The position numbers and the translations under genes were made by a program. Below are positions 61,001 to 64,000 of a stretch of 64,000 nucleotides of DNA, in pieces; within the stretch, counting starts at the first letter, position 1; each line of letters starts with the position of its first letter. Source of the stretch: Macrostomum hystrix (lineage: Eukaryota > Animalia > Platyhelminthes); contig CATNEN010000007.1 of NCBI GenBank assembly GCA_950097015.1, positions 992,001 through 1,056,000 of the forward strand, read 5' to 3'. Under the pieces are notes generated by a model. The model did not search any database. It was not told where the DNA came from and saw nothing but the letters and a program-made list of their open reading frames with translations.

Positions 61001-63802
61001 TCCCCAGATCCTCACTAATTATCCCCAGATGTTCACTCATTTCCCTCAGATGCTCACTCATTTTCTCACAGATGATCACTCCTAAAGTACAAGTTGAACA
61101 TTTTGCTTTTCAACTGCAAATAGGCAAGTGTTCACTGCATAAGGGGGTGGCCCTTTAACCCATAAAGCACTTTTTGTAGCATTCCATTACAAAAGCAAAC
61201 TCAATGCTGACAGCGCAATCAACTTGCAGAGGTAGCCAAAGTCTTCCGTTTGAGACTAAAAATGTTTAATAAGATAAGCCGCCATTTCTCACAGTTGCCT
61301 ACCTTGACTTTATCAGTCACAGGCCAGCCAACAAAGACACTCGCACAGACACGCGACAGTCGAATGTACAGAGCACAATGAGCATTTCAATTGAAGCGCT
61401 ACTAACATGATCTATGTCCAAAAAAGTAATTTAATGAATTTACTTCAGATAAGATGAACTGATCAACTGGTCCATTGAATTTTTTCTGTTGGGCTGAGAT
61501 TCAAACACCCAATGTCTCGGTCAGAAGTCGGACGCTCTGGGCTCCCTTCAGCAGTCAAACCCAGTCCTTCAGCAGTCAAACCCAGTCCTTCAGCAGTCAA
61601 ACCCAGTCCTTCAGCAGTCAAACCCAGTCCTTCAGCAGTCAAACCCAGTCCTTCAGCAGTCAAACCCAGTCCTTTAGCAGTCAAACCCAGTCCTTCAGCA
61701 GTCAAACCCAGTCCTTCAGCAGTCAAACCCAGTCCTTCAGCAGTCAAACCCAGTCCTTCAGCAGTCAAACCCAGTCCTTCAGCAGTCAAACCCAGTCCTT
61801 CAGCAGTCAAACCCAGTCCTTCAGTTTCCATTTCAAAATACCTGAGCCTTGGCAGCGCGCCACTTGTTGAATCCCGCCCTGAGCAGGATGGCAAAGTCGG
61901 ATATCTCGTGCGGTATCTCGTGCACCAGAATGCAAAATGTGGTCACGAGGCCAACCTGTATAAAAATCAAAGAGACAGTAAATCAATCTGCAAGGACAAA
62001 TCCTACGCAGGAAATCTTTCATTTATCGAAAAAACTATTCTCAGTATGGCCTAAATTCTCCATAAGCTCGAAATCCGATATCATCGATCGTGCAACTTCC
62101 TAATTAATAGATGGGCGCGGTCTGTAAATATCCCACAGTATTTCTGTCTCCCCACTCAACAGCAAGTCTGCGCAGTCACGCACGAGTGACCAATATCTCG
62201 TGTCACAAATGAAAACAGACAAAAAATAATGATACAAAGACAGCTCAGCCAATCTTACTTGTACAATCTAATATTAAAGAACCTGAAGAAATTCTATTGT
62301 CTGCTAAATATCGCAATACATGGGTCAAGAAAGACTACCGCCTACCACAACAGTCAGGAGAGTGGGTAGTGCCTACCACAACAGTCAGGAGAGTGGGTAG
62401 TGCCTACCACAACAGTCAGGAGAGTGGGTAGTGCCTACCACAACAGTCAGGAGAGTGGGTAGTGCCTACCACAACAGTCAGGAGAGTGGGTAGTGCCTAC
62501 CACAACAGTCAGGAGAGTGGGTAGTGCCTACCACAACAGTCAGGAGAGTGGGTAGTGCCTACCACAACAGTCAGGAGAGTGAGCAGTGCCTACCACAACA
62601 GTCAGGAGAGTGGGTAGTGCCTGCCACAACAGTCAGGAGAGTGGGTAGTGCCTACCACAACAGTCAGGAGAGTGGGTAGTGCCTACCACAACAGTCAGGA
62701 GAGTGAGCAGTGCCTACCACAACAGTCAGGAGAGTGGGTAGTGCCTACCACAACAGTCAGGAGAGTGGGTAGTGCCTACCACAACAGTCAGGAGAGTGAG
62801 CAGTGCCTACCACAACAGTCAGGAGAGTGAGCAGTGCCTACCACAACAGTCAGGAGAGTGGGTAGTGCCTACCACAACAGTCAGGAGAGTGGGCAGTGCC
62901 TACCACAACAGTCAGGAGAGTGAGCAGTGCCTACCACAACAGTCAGGAGAGTGGGTAGTGCCTACTACAACAGTCAGGAGAGTGAGCAGTGCCTACCACA
63001 ACAGTCAGGAGAGTGAGCAGTGCCTACCACAACAGTCAGGAGAGTGGGTAGTGCCTACCACAACAGTCAGTTGACTGCCGAGAGAGAGTTAGGGCTTGCT
63101 AAATTATAATATACCTAGTGTTGCCTTAATAAAAATAGAATAAAACGAAAGTTCTATAACTAAGAAAAACTAATAAAGAGAATCATGTCGAGTCAACAGC
63201 AGTGGAAACCTTTATCATGCGCTTACCTTGACACTGAGAGCATAGCTGGAGCCAACAGCCAAGCCATGAGTGAGATTGTCCACAAAGTTGGCAAACAGAT
63301 TCAGATAGCCTTCGACCTGAAAGTAAATAATTTTATTTATTTATTTACAGATAAGTTTAAAAATATAGTCAAGTAGGAATAGTGCAAATCAATCAGAGTC
63401 ACACCTGAACAGCTGATGCAGGCTCTTCTGCTTTGCCACTAGCATTTCCATTTCTCTTATTCTTCTTCTTGTCCAGCTCGATGGCCACAGTGGGCCTGCT
63501 GCCGCCAAGGTCGGCAAAGACTAGCAGCTTTTCAATAACCAGAAAGGACAGCACACCTATGATGGTCCACAGTCCTACCCAGTTGACTACAGAGCTGTGC
63601 CCGCCTCCTATATTTAATAAGTTTTGTGTAGAAATGCCAAGACTGTTGACATGTTTCTTAGATAGAAAATGGTTCAATGAAAACATAGGCACTAGAAGCT
63701 GACCTGATTGAGCATAGGCTTCAGGAAGGAGGTGAAGAAACACATCACCAAGCATTGAGCCAATACCAAAGCTTAGGAGTCGATGCAACTTTCTGCTGCC
63801 AG
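58043..63802 (-). CDS. SLC39A13: ZIP13/SLC39A13 zinc/iron transporter (LIV-1 subfamily), 5'-partial: join(63802-63704,63607-63405,63316-63227,61955-61842,60228-60059,58115-58043)
   Basis: LLSFGIGSMLGDVFLHLLPEAY (TM2), GYLNLFANFVDNLTHGLAVG (TM4, DNxTH typical of ZIP13 rather than ZIP7 HNxxD), HEIPHEISDFAILLRAGF (TM5), VLPFTSGGFLYLAL (TM7), ESLLQVFCLFVGF..* (TM8). All GT-AG and phase-consistent. Confidence 0.9.
58192..59992. repeat. 33-bp minisatellite (aaacacctgaaggagagggctaatagccgacta)n in the last ZIP13 intron
   Basis: Direct reading. Confidence 0.97.
60350..61075. repeat. 21-bp minisatellite (tcactcattatccccagatcc)n
   Basis: Direct reading. Confidence 0.93.
61550..61823. repeat. 21-bp minisatellite (cagcagtcaaacccagtcctt) x13
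   Basis: Direct reading. Confidence 0.96.
62338..63070. repeat. 31-bp minisatellite (gtgcctaccacaacagtcaggagagtgggta)n
   Basis: Direct reading. Confidence 0.96.
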
Positions 63803-64000
63803 CTAAAAAACCATTTTAGTTTTTAGATTGTATTAGTTAATATTTTTTTAGCTATTTGATTTTCATTTGCTTCTGCTCATATAAAACTGTGAAATTGTGA
63901 ACTACTGTCTTTTTAAATGAGTTATATTCAATATCACCATACCTATCTACATATATCCAATTAAAAAAACAATGCTCTTTATAGGGTTTTCCAGTTTAGT

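Overview
Eukaryotic (animal) genomic DNA with spliceosomal GT-AG introns, GC-rich exons, CAG microsatellites and more than 30 unrelated minisatellite arrays covering roughly 35-40% of the window. This style is consistent with a free-living flatworm such as Macrostomum (inference only). The + strand from about 0.7 to 36.6 kb holds a 5'-truncated unc-13/Munc13 gene, which I assembled by hand exon by exon with every splice phase matching (CaM site, C1, C2B, MUN, C2C; common core about 1254 aa). Two things stand out. (1) The exon encoding C2B Ca2+-binding loop 3 is tandemly duplicated (29284-29411 and 30661-30788). Both copies are 128 nt, intact, have the same phases and are heavily diverged at silent sites, so they look like a mutually exclusive exon pair. 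(2) At least four different N-terminal exons end in phase-0 donors compatible with one shared acceptor at 21117. On the - strand there is an ERICH2-like terminal exon (44974-45478), a probable uncharacterised exon (50921-51307) and the last six exons of a ZIP13/SLC39A13 metal transporter (58043-63802, running off the window). Also present: a TSD-flanked foldback MITE between the two C2B exons, tRNA-derived SINE-like heads and a 1.07-kb segment bounded by a 19-bp direct repeat. Most long ORFs in the supplied track are artefacts of tandem repeats. There are no CRISPR arrays, rRNA or intact tRNA genes.
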